IMG/VR virus record: IMGVR_UViG_3300033076_000962
Span: 1 to 57,998 of that record
From: a virus
Taxonomy: Duplodnaviria; Caudoviricetes
Strand: one strand, 5' to 3'
DNA: 57,998 bases
Shown here: one piece after another, positions 8,816 through 17,162 of the stretch
How the letters are laid out: every line of letters begins with the position of its first letter
How positions within the stretch are numbered: position 1 is the stretch's first letter
Made by a program: the position numbers and the translations under genes
The notes under the pieces: generated by a model
The model's database searches: none
Seen by the model: the letters and a program-made list of their open reading frames with translations, nothing else
Told to the model about the DNA's origin: nothing

Positions 8816-9006
8816 GCAAAAATAGTAAGTGGTGGACACCAGCAAGAAAGCGGCTGTATCGCAGAACGAGCAAGCAGGAAATGAAACAAGCGTGGCTGAA
8901 GGCTTCAAAGGAATTGAGAGACGATGGGTTCTTAAGCAAGTCTGACTTTGAGCTGATGGAGCTTTGGTTCAACGAAGGGTTTAAGTGTGCGAGGGGGGAG
9001 AAGTGA
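8812..9006 (+). CDS. Hypothetical protein
   Basis: ATGA-coupled; ends GEK*. Confidence 0.7.
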   Translation: MSKNSKWWTPARKRLYRRTSKQEMKQAWLKASKELRDDGFLSKSDFELMELWFNEGFKCARGEK

Positions 9007-9161
9007 AAATCATACTAATCATAGCGGTAATCTTCATGTCGCTATCGTCAATAGTAACCTTTGTTTTTGTGCCGATAGGTATGCACTACTCCTGCAAAGA
9101 GAAAGGTCTTGTTGCGGTTCAGGGGTTTATGACTTGGCATTGTGTACGGGAGGAGAAGTGA
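9003..9161 (+). CDS. Small membrane protein (52 aa)
   Basis: GTGA-coupled; hydrophobic N-terminus. Confidence 0.6.
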   Translation: MKIILIIAVIFMSLSSIVTFVFVPIGMHYSCKEKGLVAVQGFMTWHCVREEK

Positions 9162-9370
9162 CAGAACTAAAACCCTGCCCCTGGTGCTATGATACGGATT
9201 TGGATTGCATAAAAGACGTAGAGTGGATGGCTTCACAGTATTACGTCTGGTGCAAGAATTGCGCTGTTTGTGGGCCAATAGCTGACAGCGAGGACGAGGC
9301 AAAGAGGCTGTGGAACGATAGGTTTGTAGAGGGCAATGACGCCCAGAAGGAGAAGAAAGATGGAGAATGA
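9158..9370 (+). CDS. lar: Lar-family restriction alleviation-like Zn-ribbon protein
   Basis: ELKPCPWC...YYVWCKNCAVCGP..DSEDEAKRLWN.R; true start GTG 9158. Confidence 0.8.
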   Translation: MTELKPCPWCYDTDLDCIKDVEWMASQYYVWCKNCAVCGPIADSEDEAKRLWNDRFVEGNDAQKEKKDGE

Positions 9371-9623
9371 AACGATAGATCCGGCGTTTGCTGAGATAGT
9401 ACAGACTAAGGAGTTTCGAGTTGAACTTGATGCGGTATTGCAAAAGATAAAGGACTCATCTCGCAAGTCACGCGAACGGTCGCTTGTCGTTACGAAATTG
9501 CAAGAGGCGATCATGTGGCTCGGCATGGATCTGAAGGACTTGGGCGCGGCTAATCCGTATCCGAACAGCTACAACCCACAAAATAATATAGTAGACCCTA
9601 CAGCAGATGGGTTAAAGTTATAA
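9360..9623 (+). CDS. Tad1/Acb2-like helical hairpin protein (candidate nucleotide-signal sponge)
   Basis: SRERSLVVTKLQEAIMWL resembles the Tad1/Acb2 core motif. Confidence 0.6.
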   Translation: MENETIDPAFAEIVQTKEFRVELDAVLQKIKDSSRKSRERSLVVTKLQEAIMWLGMDLKDLGAANPYPNSYNPQNNIVDPTADGLKL

Positions 9624-9655
9624 CTGGCAATTATGCCAACCAACGGAGAAGAAAG

Positions 9656-9736
9656 ATGAAACCAGCAAAGAAGAAGGCAGTTAAATCCGCTGTCAAATCA
9701 TCGGCCAAAAAGCCAATGAAGAAGGGATGTAAATAA
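9656..9736 (+). CDS. 26-aa Lys/Ala-rich basic peptide
   Basis: GGAG RBS; MKPAKKKAVKSAVKSSAKKPMKKGCK. Confidence 0.6.
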   Translation: MKPAKKKAVKSAVKSSAKKPMKKGCK

Positions 9737-9744
9737 ATTGGGTA

Positions 9745-9764
9745 GGCAGAGGGAAACCTCTGCC
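9745..9764 (+). other. GAAA-tetraloop hairpin
   Basis: GGCAGAGG-GAAA-CCTCTGCC. Confidence 0.65.
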
Positions 9765-9779
9765 ATTAAAGGATTATTT

Positions 9780-9980
9780 ATGACACCCCCACACTGTGAC
9801 CTTTGCGGAGCCAACGAAATAACAGAGGCGTTGAGAGATGAGTACGCTACTAACGAGGTTAGATACCTATGCAGCCGGTGTACTCATGAAGTGAATAAGC
9901 ACTTAGACAAGTTGCGATCTGTGTCGTTTTCTTGGTGGCATCGGATGGTCAAGCTATTTATTGCAGCGAGGAAGAAATGA
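9780..9980 (+). CDS. Zn-finger protein
   Basis: CDLC...CSRC; start ATG 9780. Confidence 0.65.
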   Translation: MTPPHCDLCGANEITEALRDEYATNEVRYLCSRCTHEVNKHLDKLRSVSFSWWHRMVKLFIAARKK

Positions 9981-10339
9981 GTGATCCAAAGCTAGAGTTC
10001 ATAAATTACTCTACAGCTACGATTAACGAGCAAGGAGTTGTGGTGCCGAAGGATTGGGAGATTAAAAAAGCAAAAGATGCGCTGTCAGTAGCAGCAGGGT
10101 TCCGCCTAGAAGCTGAGAACGCAGAGTTTTGGCGAGTAAAGGCAATGCAACTTGAGGCCGAGCTACAGGGCAAGCATCGCAGGGAGCAGATAGACACCGA
10201 GATTACAGAGATACTAGATCGTGTGAGCCGAGAGGTTGTAGCAGCGTGGGAGCAGAAGGTTGAGAAGGCCGTTGCTCAGGCTAAGGAGCGATTGGAAGAG
10301 TTGTTAATTCGGAAGGTGAGGGAGGTGTTTGATATATGA
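9977..10339 (+). CDS. Coiled-coil hypothetical protein
   Basis: ATGA-coupled start 9977. Confidence 0.65.
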   Translation: MSDPKLEFINYSTATINEQGVVVPKDWEIKKAKDALSVAAGFRLEAENAEFWRVKAMQLEAELQGKHRREQIDTEITEILDRVSREVVAAWEQKVEKAVAQAKERLEELLIRKVREVFDI

Positions 10340-10479
10340 CGACTCTTAACCCCTGCCCCTGGTGCGGGGATACCGATTTGGATGTGGTGACAGAGAGATC
10401 TCTTGAGACACAGAATTTTAACCTTAGCGATGAGATAGTTAGATTAGTAACGTTACATTTTTGGGAGCTGTTAGCATGA
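10336..10479 (+). CDS. Small protein with Lar-like N-terminus (47 aa)
   Basis: MTTLNPCPWCGDTDLD, near-identical DNA to 9170-9207; ATGA-coupled at both ends. Confidence 0.6.
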   Translation: MTTLNPCPWCGDTDLDVVTERSLETQNFNLSDEIVRLVTLHFWELLA

Positions 10480-10697
10480 GTAGTATCAGTCAAGGACCAC
10501 TAGACGGGATAATAGAGTGGCTTAGAGATAAGCTAGATTATGTAAATGAAAAGCTAGATAAGGGCAAAGGAACTTGGCCTGAAGAGGGGTATGTCAAAGA
10601 CGATGAATGGGCCGCGCTTCTGGCTAAGAAGGATCTACTGGATGATATTTTTTATGTGCTAAGAACGCAGGGCTTGTTAAGGGCGAGGGGCAAATGA
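10476..10697 (+). CDS. Hypothetical protein, probable paralog of 11100-11339
   Basis: EW...KL.KGKG...LLAKKDLLDD. Confidence 0.65.
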   Translation: MSSISQGPLDGIIEWLRDKLDYVNEKLDKGKGTWPEEGYVKDDEWAALLAKKDLLDDIFYVLRTQGLLRARGK

Positions 10698-10891
10698 CAA
10701 CAACTAAATACTTTGACGAAGCGATCACAGCAATCGTGGACGAACAAGAGCGATTGAGAGAGTTGCAGCAACCTAGGATAGTGCCGCTGGCCGACTTACA
10801 GCGAGACTTCCAGAGCCTCACGCTTGAGCAGTTTGCGGCTAAGTATGATTTGGGCGAGGTGCCAGTTAGGGTTTATTTGGAGGCGAAATGA
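10694..10891 (+). CDS. Hypothetical protein
   Basis: ATGA-coupled. Confidence 0.65.
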   Translation: MTTTKYFDEAITAIVDEQERLRELQQPRIVPLADLQRDFQSLTLEQFAAKYDLGEVPVRVYLEAK

Positions 10892-11103
10892 TTTACGGAT
10901 TACAACACCCGAACGGTAGAGTGCAAACAAATTGCGTGGAGACTAGCGAGCCGTGGGTGTGGGCATTGATGTATAGCAGACAACGATACAAAGAGAAAAT
11001 CGTTCACCCGTCAAAAGTACCGCCAGACTTTATAACCGCTGCTAAACAGGCAGGATTTAGGGTGGTTGAGTTAAGACCATTGGATTTGGAGGAGGCGAAA
11101 TGA
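10888..11103 (+). CDS. Hypothetical protein
   Basis: ATGA-coupled, GGAGG RBS. Confidence 0.65.
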   Translation: MIYGLQHPNGRVQTNCVETSEPWVWALMYSRQRYKEKIVHPSKVPPDFITAAKQAGFRVVELRPLDLEEAK

Positions 11104-11339
11104 GCAAAGATTGGAACGAATACGAATATTGCAATTCTATTAGCCTATGGGAATGGATAGACGAAGTATCCAGAGATATAGAGCTTAAACTTGAAAGAGC
11201 AAAAGGAGTAGAAAGTGCGGAGTTTAAGCTAGTGCTATTAGGAAAACAGGAAATACTGGACGAATTAATTAAGTGGGTACATGACAATGAATGTACTTTG
11301 GGGGAGATTGCACAGCGTTGGGGGTTAAAGCCAGAATGA
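11100..11339 (+). CDS. Hypothetical protein
   Basis: ATGA-coupled, GGAGG RBS. Confidence 0.65.
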   Translation: MSKDWNEYEYCNSISLWEWIDEVSRDIELKLERAKGVESAEFKLVLLGKQEILDELIKWVHDNECTLGEIAQRWGLKPE

Positions 11340-12625
11340 AAAAGCATTATTTATCTATTTGTGCGATAGTAAAGAACGAAGCAAGGTACTTGGAGGAATG
11401 GATTGCATTTCACCAGATACAAGGTGTTGATCACTTCTTTATTTATGATCATGAGTCTACTGATGATACGTTGGAGTTGCTAAAGAGGTACGAGACAGCC
11501 GGTATTGTTACGATAGGCAAAGCCACCGGACATGCCCCTCAGTTACCCACATATCAGAAATGCATTGATGTACATGGGTATAGTAGCAAGTGGATGGCGT
11601 TCTTGGATGCTGATGAGTTTCTATACGCTAACTATCCAAAATCGTTTCCTCTAAAAGAACTTCTTAGAAGCTATGAAGGCTACTCAGCGGTAGCAGTAAA
11701 TTGGGTACTATACGGCAGCAACGGATTGCAAGAGTATGACCCAAGATTGGTAATCGAAAGATTTACTGATAGAGCAAAGGAAGCAGATAGTCATGTTAAA
11801 ACAATCCTACAGCCAGCTATGGAGCTTGATGTAGGAAAGAACGCTCACTACTTTAAGCTAAGAACACCTGCTGTAAATGAGAACAAGGTAAAGCTACCTC
11901 CTGAGTATTATCACACTGACCCAAGCGTGAAGAAGTTACGGGTTAATCATTATCATACCAAGTCTGAAGCTGAGTATAAGCTAAGAAAGGCATCCGGTGT
12001 GGATGTGGACGGAGTTAATCGAAACTCACCAGATAGGTTTGCAGTTCACAACGTAGGGGGGTTGACTGACCTATCGGCAGCTATGCTTGCACCGTTGGTG
12101 CATGAAAAGATAGCAGCTAATAAAAGGAGCTTCTTAGAGGTTGTATGGAGTAATAGTAATCCGTGGCAAGTGAAGGATGAGTTTATTCCCTTCATGCAAT
12201 TCATTCTGGATAACAAGATTAAAAGAGTGCTTGAGATAGGATGCCATAGGGCCGGTACTGCAACGGCTTTGTTGCAGTTGGGGTGTGATGTTACCAGCAT
12301 TGATATTGTAAAGCAGCCGGAGGTGAGAGAGGCAGAAAGGAAGGGGCTTAAATTTTTCTTGAGGGATGAATTTAACCCTGACGGAAAATATGATCTTATA
12401 TTTATTGATGGAGATCATTCTTATGATGGATGCAAGAAGGACTACCAGGAGTACAAAGGAATAGTGAAGAAGGGAGGCTTTATTGCTTTTCATGATGTAG
12501 TTAAGAGTGACCTACATATAAAACAGCAGTGCGGTGTGTGGCAGGTATTAGAAGAACTGGATATGCCGAAAATAGATTTCATAACTGATGGGTATTGGGG
12601 AGGTATTTCAATAATAAAGGTATGA
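11336..12625 (+). CDS. GT-A glycosyltransferase (GT92/GT2-like) fused to a class I SAM-dependent methyltransferase
   Basis: ICAIVKNEARYLEEWIAFH, YDHESTD, FLDADEF; C-terminal VLEIG, FIDGDHSY, GGFIAFHD. Confidence 0.85.
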   Translation: MKKHYLSICAIVKNEARYLEEWIAFHQIQGVDHFFIYDHESTDDTLELLKRYETAGIVTIGKATGHAPQLPTYQKCIDVHGYSSKWMAFLDADEFLYANYPKSFPLKELLRSYEGYSAVAVNWVLYGSNGLQEYDPRLVIERFTDRAKEADSHVKTILQPAMELDVGKNAHYFKLRTPAVNENKVKLPPEYYHTDPSVKKLRVNHYHTKSEAEYKLRKASGVDVDGVNRNSPDRFAVHNVGGLTDLSAAMLAPLVHEKIAANKRSFLEVVWSNSNPWQVKDEFIPFMQFILDNKIKRVLEIGCHRAGTATALLQLGCDVTSIDIVKQPEVREAERKGLKFFLRDEFNPDGKYDLIFIDGDHSYDGCKKDYQEYKGIVKKGGFIAFHDVVKSDLHIKQQCGVWQVLEELDMPKIDFITDGYWGGISIIKV

Positions 12626-13317
12626 GTGTTGTAACTTTAATAACTCCTACAGGAGCAAGACCTGAAGCCTTTGCATTATGCGAACGATGGATGCAGATGC
12701 AGACTTATAAGAGAAGTTTAGAGTGGTTAGTTGTGGATGACTACGACAAGGAACCTACTAAACTAAATTACGGACAAAAGAAGATTGCGGCTCCTAAGCA
12801 GTGGACTCCAGATATAAACACGCAGCGGTTTAATATGGATGCTTTGATGGAGCATATTAAAGGTGAGTATATATTTATCATTGAGGATGATGAGTATTAT
12901 TCACCAGATTACATTGATGTAATGATGGGCATGTTGGGCAAGGTAGACATAGTGGGGTTATCCAATTCCAGATATTACCACGTTGGAATTTCTGGATACA
13001 AGAATATGCAGAATTTCAAACATGCATCTCTATGCCAAACTGCTATGCGTAGGTCAGTGTTGCCATTGCTATATAGAGCTGTACACAGTGGGCATTACTA
13101 TTTTGATATAGAGTTGTGGAAGATGGCTGTAGAGTCTGAAGTTAAACTAGCGTTGCTCAGTAACAGCAGTATCTCAATTGGAATAAAAGGGATGCCTGGT
13201 AGGTATGGTCTTGGAGCCGGGCATGATCGAGTAGGGTATCAGGCAGATAAGGGACATAAGGTACTTAAAGATTGGGTAGGTAGAGATTATATTCATTATG
13301 AAAAATATTTGAAATAA
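12622..13317 (+). CDS. GT2-like glycosyltransferase
   Basis: LITPT..RPE, WLVVDD, IFIIEDDEYY. Confidence 0.8.
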   Translation: MSVVTLITPTGARPEAFALCERWMQMQTYKRSLEWLVVDDYDKEPTKLNYGQKKIAAPKQWTPDINTQRFNMDALMEHIKGEYIFIIEDDEYYSPDYIDVMMGMLGKVDIVGLSNSRYYHVGISGYKNMQNFKHASLCQTAMRRSVLPLLYRAVHSGHYYFDIELWKMAVESEVKLALLSNSSISIGIKGMPGRYGLGAGHDRVGYQADKGHKVLKDWVGRDYIHYEKYLK

Positions 13318-13322
13318 TTTAA

Positions 13323-13351
13323 TTGACTTTTCTTTCTTGTGAGAGTACAAG
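13323..13351 (+). promoter_or_regulatory. Candidate promoter
   Basis: TTGACT-17-TACAAG in the intergenic gap. Confidence 0.45.
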
Positions 13352-13376
13352 CGAGGAGTCAATATAAGGAATCTTA

Positions 13377-13577
13377 GTGAGTGATATTACAAGACCTGTA
13401 ACCTATAGACTGGTTCTTCAAGGAATAGGGCAAGAATCTTTATTTCTGGGGGAAATAGTCTTTAACTGCGATCCGTTATTGGTAGAGCAGCGGATGGTGG
13501 AGCAGGTAGGACAGGAGGCGGTTGATAGGTTGGCACAACTAGTGTTGGAGTCGTTAGTAGCACAACAGGTAAATTAA
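13377..13577 (+). CDS. Hypothetical protein
   Basis: AAGGA RBS, GTG start. Confidence 0.6.
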   Translation: MSDITRPVTYRLVLQGIGQESLFLGEIVFNCDPLLVEQRMVEQVGQEAVDRLAQLVLESLVAQQVN

Positions 13578-13578
13578 T

Positions 13579-13833
13579 ATGGACATAGAAAAAGAAATAG
13601 GAAAAGAGAAGTACATAGTGTTTAGGTGTACGGAAGAGGGCGCTGAATACGTTGTTAAAAAAACCATTACTGGTGCAAGTATTCATATCTATGCAGACCA
13701 TTCAAAAGTATATTCTTTACAAATAGGTATGGGGAATTGGGTGTCAACGTGTGCTTGCTTTGATTCTTTGGAGGAAGCCGTGGAATCTATAGCAAAAAGA
13801 ATAAAAGAAAACTTTAACTCAAAACAGCCATGA
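13579..13833 (+). CDS. Hypothetical protein
   Basis: ATGA-coupled to the exonuclease. Confidence 0.65.
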   Translation: MDIEKEIGKEKYIVFRCTEEGAEYVVKKTITGASIHIYADHSKVYSLQIGMGNWVSTCACFDSLEEAVESIAKRIKENFNSKQP

Positions 13834-15050
13834 CACAAGAAAAGCAACATCACCTATATGGCGGTTCCTCTAGCTACATCTGGTCTAACTGCTACGGGTG
13901 GGCTTCATTAGTAAAGGGCATACCAGAGGAACCCGCCGGAGTTCAGGCTGAGAGAGGCACTGCACTACACGCCGGTGTGTTGGAAGTTAAAGCTCAAGGG
14001 GAAATAGACCACTTAGTTAAAGGTACCGATAAAAACTTTGACTATTCCAACATACCAAACTGGCCTAGTGAGGGACCAGAGTTGGCAGATGAATTCTGGA
14101 CACTGGTATGGGAGAAAGTGCTGGAGCAGTTTGTTACTGGCAAGACCATTTATATAGAAAAGAAGTTAATGCTGTTTCCTGACCTGGATGCAGGAGGAAC
14201 GGCTGATTTTATAGTTCTCTACTATAATGACAAAGGCAAGTTAGTAGCTGTATTAGGAGATTGCAAGTTTGGAAAGGTAAGAGTAGAGCCTGACGAGGAG
14301 CAATTAAAATTCTATCTTGCTGCTTTAAATAAGATAGTAAGAGAGAAGGGTAAACAGATAGACGAGTTTAGATCGTTTGTTTATCAGCCCTCACACCATG
14401 AGCCATTTACCGAGCATAAGTTTACTAAGTCAGAGATTGAGAAAGCAGAAGCCAGATACGAGAAGGCTATCGTAGAGAGTAAGAAGGATAATCCTAAATT
14501 TAAGGTAGGTGAGCATTGTATGTACTGCAAGGCTCAAGGAAGGTGCGTTGCATACAAGAAACACTTAGAGAAGGAAATGGAAATGATGCTCGTTAGGAAT
14601 AACGAAGCAGTACAGTTTGCTCCTATAGAAACTCTTTCAGATGAAACCATCGTTAAGATAGTTTCGTTTGGAGATAAGATTACTAAGTACATTAACAATG
14701 TGAAGAAGGAAGTAATGCTTCGCTTTATGCATGGTGGAAAGGTAGAGGGCTTAAAGGTAGTAGAGGGCCGGTCGAAGAGAGTTATTACTAAGCCTGAACA
14801 TGCAGCAGCAGAACTAACTAAGCTAGGGGCTAATCCTTGGAAAGATCCAGAACTAAAGGGATTGAAAGCACTAGAAGTTGAACTGGTATCGAAAGGGATA
14901 CCCAAGAAAGATGCCGTTAAAATTGTGGATTCGTTTACAGAAATTCCACCTGGCAAACCAAAGATCACTACAGCAGATGACCCTAACAAGGACTATCAGT
15001 TTACTACTGCTAGTTCGTTATTAGAGGAATATGATGATAGTGAATATTAG
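13830..15050 (+). CDS. DUF2800-like PD-(D/E)XK (Cas4-like) exonuclease
   Basis: AERGTALH, GGTADF, DCKFGK, QLKFY, GEHCMYCKA..RC, GLKVVEGRSKR. Confidence 0.85.
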   Translation: MTQEKQHHLYGGSSSYIWSNCYGWASLVKGIPEEPAGVQAERGTALHAGVLEVKAQGEIDHLVKGTDKNFDYSNIPNWPSEGPELADEFWTLVWEKVLEQFVTGKTIYIEKKLMLFPDLDAGGTADFIVLYYNDKGKLVAVLGDCKFGKVRVEPDEEQLKFYLAALNKIVREKGKQIDEFRSFVYQPSHHEPFTEHKFTKSEIEKAEARYEKAIVESKKDNPKFKVGEHCMYCKAQGRCVAYKKHLEKEMEMMLVRNNEAVQFAPIETLSDETIVKIVSFGDKITKYINNVKKEVMLRFMHGGKVEGLKVVEGRSKRVITKPEHAAAELTKLGANPWKDPELKGLKALEVELVSKGIPKKDAVKIVDSFTEIPPGKPKITTADDPNKDYQFTTASSLLEEYDDSEY

Positions 15051-15079
15051 AATGTTGAACAATTAGAATAAGGAAAATT

Positions 15080-15718
15080 ATGTCAGATAAGAAAACAGCA
15101 AATGGATTTTTCATCAACAAAGGTGAAGGATTTATCGGAATATTCGGTAAGGATTGTGTCACTCCGGTAGGTAGGATTGCATTTGTAAATTTGGAAACAC
15201 CTACTGGTAAGCCTACTCCTAAATATGGGCTTTCTCTTTTGGTAGACAAGAAAGACGAGGCTTCTAAGGCAGAATTAAAAGCAATTCAGGAGATGGGCAA
15301 GCTCATGCTCGTTGACCTGTGGGGCGATAAGGCTGCTGACATGGCGAAGAAAATCAAACGTCCGGTGTTTGGAGATGGTGACGAGCCTTCCAATACAGGT
15401 AAGGTTTATGAAGGGTACCCTGGGAACTGGGTTATCAGTGCCAGAAATCAGTATTCGCATGAACATGCCAGAGGATTTAAGATCCTAAACAACATGCTTC
15501 CTGGTCAGTTTCAGAGTGGTATGCTCTGCCGGTTGGTGGTGTGTCCCTACCTAAATGCTGATGGGTTCAGCTATAGCTTGAGAGCTATTAAGCTGGTTAA
15601 GGATGACGGAGTTAGGTTTGGTGGAGCACCAGATCCAAGTTCGTTGTTGGCTAACCTGGATGATGCGGTTGCTGCTGTTAGCACTGGTAAGGATATTAAT
15701 TTGGATGGGTTGCTGTAA
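15080..15718 (+). CDS. DUF2815-like single-stranded DNA-binding protein
   Basis: TPVGRIAFVNL..P...KYGLSLL, DGD, DGVRFGG, acidic tail; adjacent to DUF2800 and PolA. Confidence 0.8.
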   Translation: MSDKKTANGFFINKGEGFIGIFGKDCVTPVGRIAFVNLETPTGKPTPKYGLSLLVDKKDEASKAELKAIQEMGKLMLVDLWGDKAADMAKKIKRPVFGDGDEPSNTGKVYEGYPGNWVISARNQYSHEHARGFKILNNMLPGQFQSGMLCRLVVCPYLNADGFSYSLRAIKLVKDDGVRFGGAPDPSSLLANLDDAVAAVSTGKDINLDGLL

Positions 15719-15730
15719 GAACACGATGGT

Positions 15731-16102
15731 ATGTCAAAACTAAAATTAGCTCTAAAAAGGAAGATAATATTTGACCCAGTATTAGGGTTTACTTTTTATC
15801 TTCAAGTAGGAGGCACAGAGATCGAGACATACCAGTGGATACAATCTAAGTTAGGGTGGAAAATACCAGACCAATTAGGGGCGAATACTGGAAGTTTTGG
15901 TGTTAATTCTAATAACAACTTTGTTGGAGTGTTGTGGCTTAGTAACAAGTGTGGAGGTAGTACAGTCGTACATGAAGTAGCACATGCTGCTATTCATGTA
16001 TGCAGAGCACTTGATATGAACCCCTTAACTTGTGAAGAGTTTTTCACGTCTTATACTGGTTGGTTATTTAGGCAAGTAAATTTATTTATGCAGAGGAAAT
16101 AA
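15731..16102 (+). CDS. Small HExxH (zincin-like) protein
   Basis: VVHEVAHAAIH...EEFF. Confidence 0.65.
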   Translation: MSKLKLALKRKIIFDPVLGFTFYLQVGGTEIETYQWIQSKLGWKIPDQLGANTGSFGVNSNNNFVGVLWLSNKCGGSTVVHEVAHAAIHVCRALDMNPLTCEEFFTSYTGWLFRQVNLFMQRK

Positions 16103-16392
16103 TGGAAACAAGAATCACGGAACAAGATGTACAGGATGCGATTGCATCTGAGGAGTATATGACAATTGGTAAAAAGACTACCCTTTGTTTGATTACTTTG
16201 AAGAATGGGTTTGAAGTAGTAGGTACTTCAGCTTGTGTTGATGCAGCTAATTATTCCTTAGACATTGGAAAGAAGTATGCAAGAGACAAGGCTATCCACA
16301 ATGTGTGGAGTGCATTAGGAGCGCAACTTCAAGCTAAGTTAGTTATGGAAAAGTGCTGCGGATCACAGTGCGATGCAGGGTGTGCGGAGTAA
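16102..16392 (+). CDS. Phage gp49/gp66-family protein (Acb4-like candidate anti-CBASS sponge)
   Basis: TTLCLITLKNGFEVVGTSACVDAANY...IGKKYA...A...VW..LG is the N4 gp49/Sf6 gp66 signature. Confidence 0.8.
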   Translation: METRITEQDVQDAIASEEYMTIGKKTTLCLITLKNGFEVVGTSACVDAANYSLDIGKKYARDKAIHNVWSALGAQLQAKLVMEKCCGSQCDAGCAE

Positions 16393-16394
16393 AT

Positions 16395-17162
16395 ATGAAT
16401 CCACGGTTTAAGGGATTAGGCTTTAGAAGAGATTTACCGGATATAAGGGATCTTACCTTTGATTCCTCCGGCATTATCAGAAAGGTTAGGACACTACCTA
16501 AAACCGTGGATCTACGGGGGCATAGAGATATGCCACCCGTTTACGACCAAGGGAGTATAGGTTCCTGTGTGGCTCAGTCAGTAGGTGCTATATGTGACTT
16601 TGAGCATGGACAGGATAAACCCTATACTCCCTCTACTTTGTTCCTGTATTACGTTACTAGATCATTGGAAGGCACAGTAGATGTTGACTGTGGAGCTACG
16701 ATCAGAAGCGGCATCAAAGCAGCTAACGAGTTTGGGGTAGCAAAGAATAGGTCGTGGCCGTACCTAGAGGAAAAGTTTAGGGACACTCCACCAAAACCTG
16801 TATTTGTGGAAGCTCAAGAGTACCAAGCGTTAGAGTACAAAAGGCTGAGACACAGCACCGATGCCTTTAAGCAGTGTCTTGCAGGAGAGAATCTTATCGC
16901 ATTTGGTATTGCAGTATATGACGGACTGTACAGTATTACTCCCCAGAACCCGGTGCTTCCTATGCCTAACACTAAGCAGCAGTTGTTAGGAGGTCACGCT
17001 GTTGTAATGGTTGGGTATGATGATCTTAGACAGCATTTCATAGTTAGAAATTCGTGGGGCAAGGAGTGGGGAGAGAAGGGGTACTTCTACATTCCTTACA
17101 AATTTATGGCTGATGCTCAGTTGGCTATGGACTTTTGGTCAATCTCTTTGGTTGAAAAATGA
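16395..17162 (+). CDS. Papain-like (C1) cysteine peptidase
   Basis: DQGSIGSC, GGHAVVMVGYDD, VRNSWGKEWGEKGY; start ATG 16395. Confidence 0.9.
   Translation: MNPRFKGLGFRRDLPDIRDLTFDSSGIIRKVRTLPKTVDLRGHRDMPPVYDQGSIGSCVAQSVGAICDFEHGQDKPYTPSTLFLYYVTRSLEGTVDVDCGATIRSGIKAANEFGVAKNRSWPYLEEKFRDTPPKPVFVEAQEYQALEYKRLRHSTDAFKQCLAGENLIAFGIAVYDGLYSITPQNPVLPMPNTKQQLLGGHAVVMVGYDDLRQHFIVRNSWGKEWGEKGYFYIPYKFMADAQLAMDFWSISLVEK

Noticed and set aside
8987-9157. N-terminal extension of the ORF-track 127-aa protein
   Set aside because: Overlaps the coupled 9003-9161 gene; Lar homology and RBS point to GTG 9158
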